64,000 nt of DNA from Pseudomonadota bacterium (GTDB lineage Bacteria > Myxococcota > JACRCW01 > JAFGSX01): contig JBDRCO010000003.1 in NCBI GenBank assembly GCA_043821645.1, forward strand, positions 1-64,000, written 5' to 3'. Below, one piece after another: positions 62,433 through 64,000 of this stretch (its first letter is position 1; every line of letters begins with the position of its first letter). The position numbers and the translations under genes were made by a program. The notes below the pieces were generated by a model. The model ran no database searches. It was not told where the DNA came from and saw nothing but the letters and a program-made list of their open reading frames with translations.

Positions 62433-63284
62433 TCATCGGTCCCCGGCAACGACCGCTCCGGCGTCAGCTTGGACAGCGCCGACATGTGACATTTGACGAG
62501 TCCTGACCGCATTCTCTTCTGACACGCAATGAAAGGAAAGTTCACTAAGAGTATTTTCTAGGTTAAAGTTGCTTCCAGTTTCCTTGGACAGCTCCTGCAA
62601 TACTCTGTTGGCTTCGTGCTTCACTTTACTCATAATTTCAGGATTGGATGTATCCTTATTTGTCAAGTTCGCCAATGCAAATAGAATTGCCAATTCTTCA
62701 TGTGTAATCTCCTGCAAGTCGTGCGCGAAGTAGACTCGACCAGCCATGCGCAGGCCGACCACCCCACGACCGTAGTAAGAATTATCAAGATAAATTTCGA
62801 TTAGCTCATCCTCTGTGAATCTGTTACTAAGTTGAATTGCAAGTATTCGAGCCTTTAGATGTCGATTTATGCTCTCAGGAGGTACGAATAGCAGTGAGAC
62901 TAGGTCGACGAAATATAACTCATTAAAATGATATTCTTCAAAAAAAATACTTGGCACTACTGGCAAAGACAAAGCTGCAACTGAAACGGAACATTGTTCC
63001 TTTCGAAACATTGCTCTCTGGGCAACATGAAATTCTCCGATGATCATTTTTGGAAGAGAGTCCTTTGTAGGGTATCTTGAACTCAATACTGGGCACTGCT
63101 TTATTGCGGAGTTTGATGAGTTGAATACTCGGACGGTTTCTGGCTTGGTGGCGACAATTTCTACCAGTGGTAGACCCCTGGCCTCCCTGCTTATACGATG
63201 GGTTACTAGAGCACAAACACCGAGCATCAGTGCACATAGGAAGCCAGAAGTGTATACTGCTGTTCTCTTCGAATAGATTCCCAT
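62433..63284 (-). CDS. Degenerate GT51 transglycosylase-like membrane protein; candidate immunity protein
   Basis: N-terminal TM; EDELIEIYLDNSYYGRGVVGLRMAGRVYFAHDLQEITHEELAILFAL; AT-rich; ATG directly follows the Rhs stop. Confidence 0.7.
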   Translation of the reverse strand: MGIYSKRTAVYTSGFLCALMLGVCALVTHRISREARGLPLVEIVATKPETVRVFNSSNSAIKQCPVLSSRYPTKDSLPKMIIGEFHVAQRAMFRKEQCSVSVAALSLPVVPSIFFEEYHFNELYFVDLVSLLFVPPESINRHLKARILAIQLSNRFTEDELIEIYLDNSYYGRGVVGLRMAGRVYFAHDLQEITHEELAILFALANLTNKDTSNPEIMSKVKHEANRVLQELSKETGSNFNLENTLSELSFHCVSEENAVRTRQMSHVGAVQADAGAVVAGDR

Positions 63285-64000
63285 TTACCTAACGTACCCG
63301 ATTCGCTTCGGCCAGCCCACGTCATTGATGTTTGTAGTTATTATTGTTATCGGCAACTGAGGTGTTGGAGGTGTAGTGCTGTCGTCATATGTGATCGGGG
63401 ATGATGGATCGAACATCTCGATCCAACCGCAACCTGCCGATGCTCCAACCACCCACTCCTTATAGGCAGTTCCCCAGCCGAGCATATCCCAAAAGAGTTC
63501 TTCATCCTTGTGAGAAAATCCACAGGCGCCATCGGCTGTGTGGCTATGAATTACAGAAATGTATCCTGGCTGTTGTCTTCCCGGTTCAACGTCGTCGGGA
63601 GTACCTGGAATAGGGGGCCACGTGAAAGTGTATCCTCCTCCTGAAGCGACAGTAACCCAGACTGCGTACTCGATTGTCCCATTTTCTGAATGGAGGAGCT
63701 TTGCCGCTGTGATGGCAGCGTCATTATCAGTAAGATACTTCGCAGCCCAGCGGGGTAGTTCTCTGCTTGATCTGCATCCTGAGAGCGCCGAAAGTGCGAT
63801 CGATATTGATATTGCAATTGACGCCTCTGTCAAATTCGCGAACTCGCCTGAGGGATCGGCCCTGCGAATAGGGTCGCCATCAGCGTATGTGTACTTATTT
63901 AATGTGCTAGTAGCTGAGATGTAACCGATGTGTTTGTCTCGACTATCGAACCGGCCGTTCATTGGGTTATAGTACCTCGCCCTAAAGTAGTAGTCGCCAA
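63285..64000 (-). CDS. 3' end of an Rhs gene with a JAB-like (DUF4329-type) C-terminal toxin
   Basis: GDYYFRARYYNPMNGRFDSRD..NKYTYADGDPIRRADPSG (Rhs core end), then E..HSH..FS..D. Open to the right edge. Confidence 0.88.
   Translation of the reverse strand, partial: GDYYFRARYYNPMNGRFDSRDKHIGYISATSTLNKYTYADGDPIRRADPSGEFANLTEASIAISISIALSALSGCRSSRELPRWAAKYLTDNDAAITAAKLLHSENGTIEYAVWVTVASGGGYTFTWPPIPGTPDDVEPGRQQPGYISVIHSHTADGACGFSHKDEELFWDMLGWGTAYKEWVVGASAGCGWIEMFDPSSPITYDDSTTPPTPQLPITIITTNINDVGWPKRIGYVR

Overview
High-GC bacterial chromosome segment. The gene content (Cys-rich CxCG lipoproteins, zinc-ribbon/FHA proteins, PrkA-YeaH-SpoVR, a BagAB-like ATPase pair) suggests a Myxococcota/deltaproteobacterial lineage; this is an inference. 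Left to right: (1) a putative storage-granule locus (PhaR-like 3' end, ParA, phasin-like protein, two ArsA/Get3-like ATPases) followed by yjbQ, a TPR lipoprotein and ruvX; (2) a translationally coupled six-gene RiPP-like operon at 8549-15970, the best candidate for an undescribed system, encoding a PqqD/RRE, a radical SAM/SPASM enzyme, a 61-aa precursor missed by the ORF track, an HPr-kinase-like kinase, an S24/S26 peptidase and a 1434-aa subtilase-C25 gingipain fusion; (3) a LysM/PG-binding hydrolase, apbE, prkA-yeaH-spoVR, START and FHA genes, a structured intergenic segment and dksA; (4) prfB (programmed frameshift)-lysS-lolE-lolD, a zinc-ribbon membrane protein and tatA; (5) an AT-rich promoter region with tandem NrdR-box-like sites and MraZ repeats, followed by the dcw cluster mraZ..ftsZ, which lacks murB and ddl; (6) a REP-associated HUH transposase flanked by inverted repeats, next to an AT-rich Rhs/JAB-toxin tail and a degenerate transglycosylase-like candidate immunity gene. 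A (GTTCCNN)n microsatellite follows the stop codon of four unrelated genes, always in the sense orientation. No rRNA, canonical tRNA or CRISPR array was seen. All calls come from motif recognition by eye; no database searches were run.
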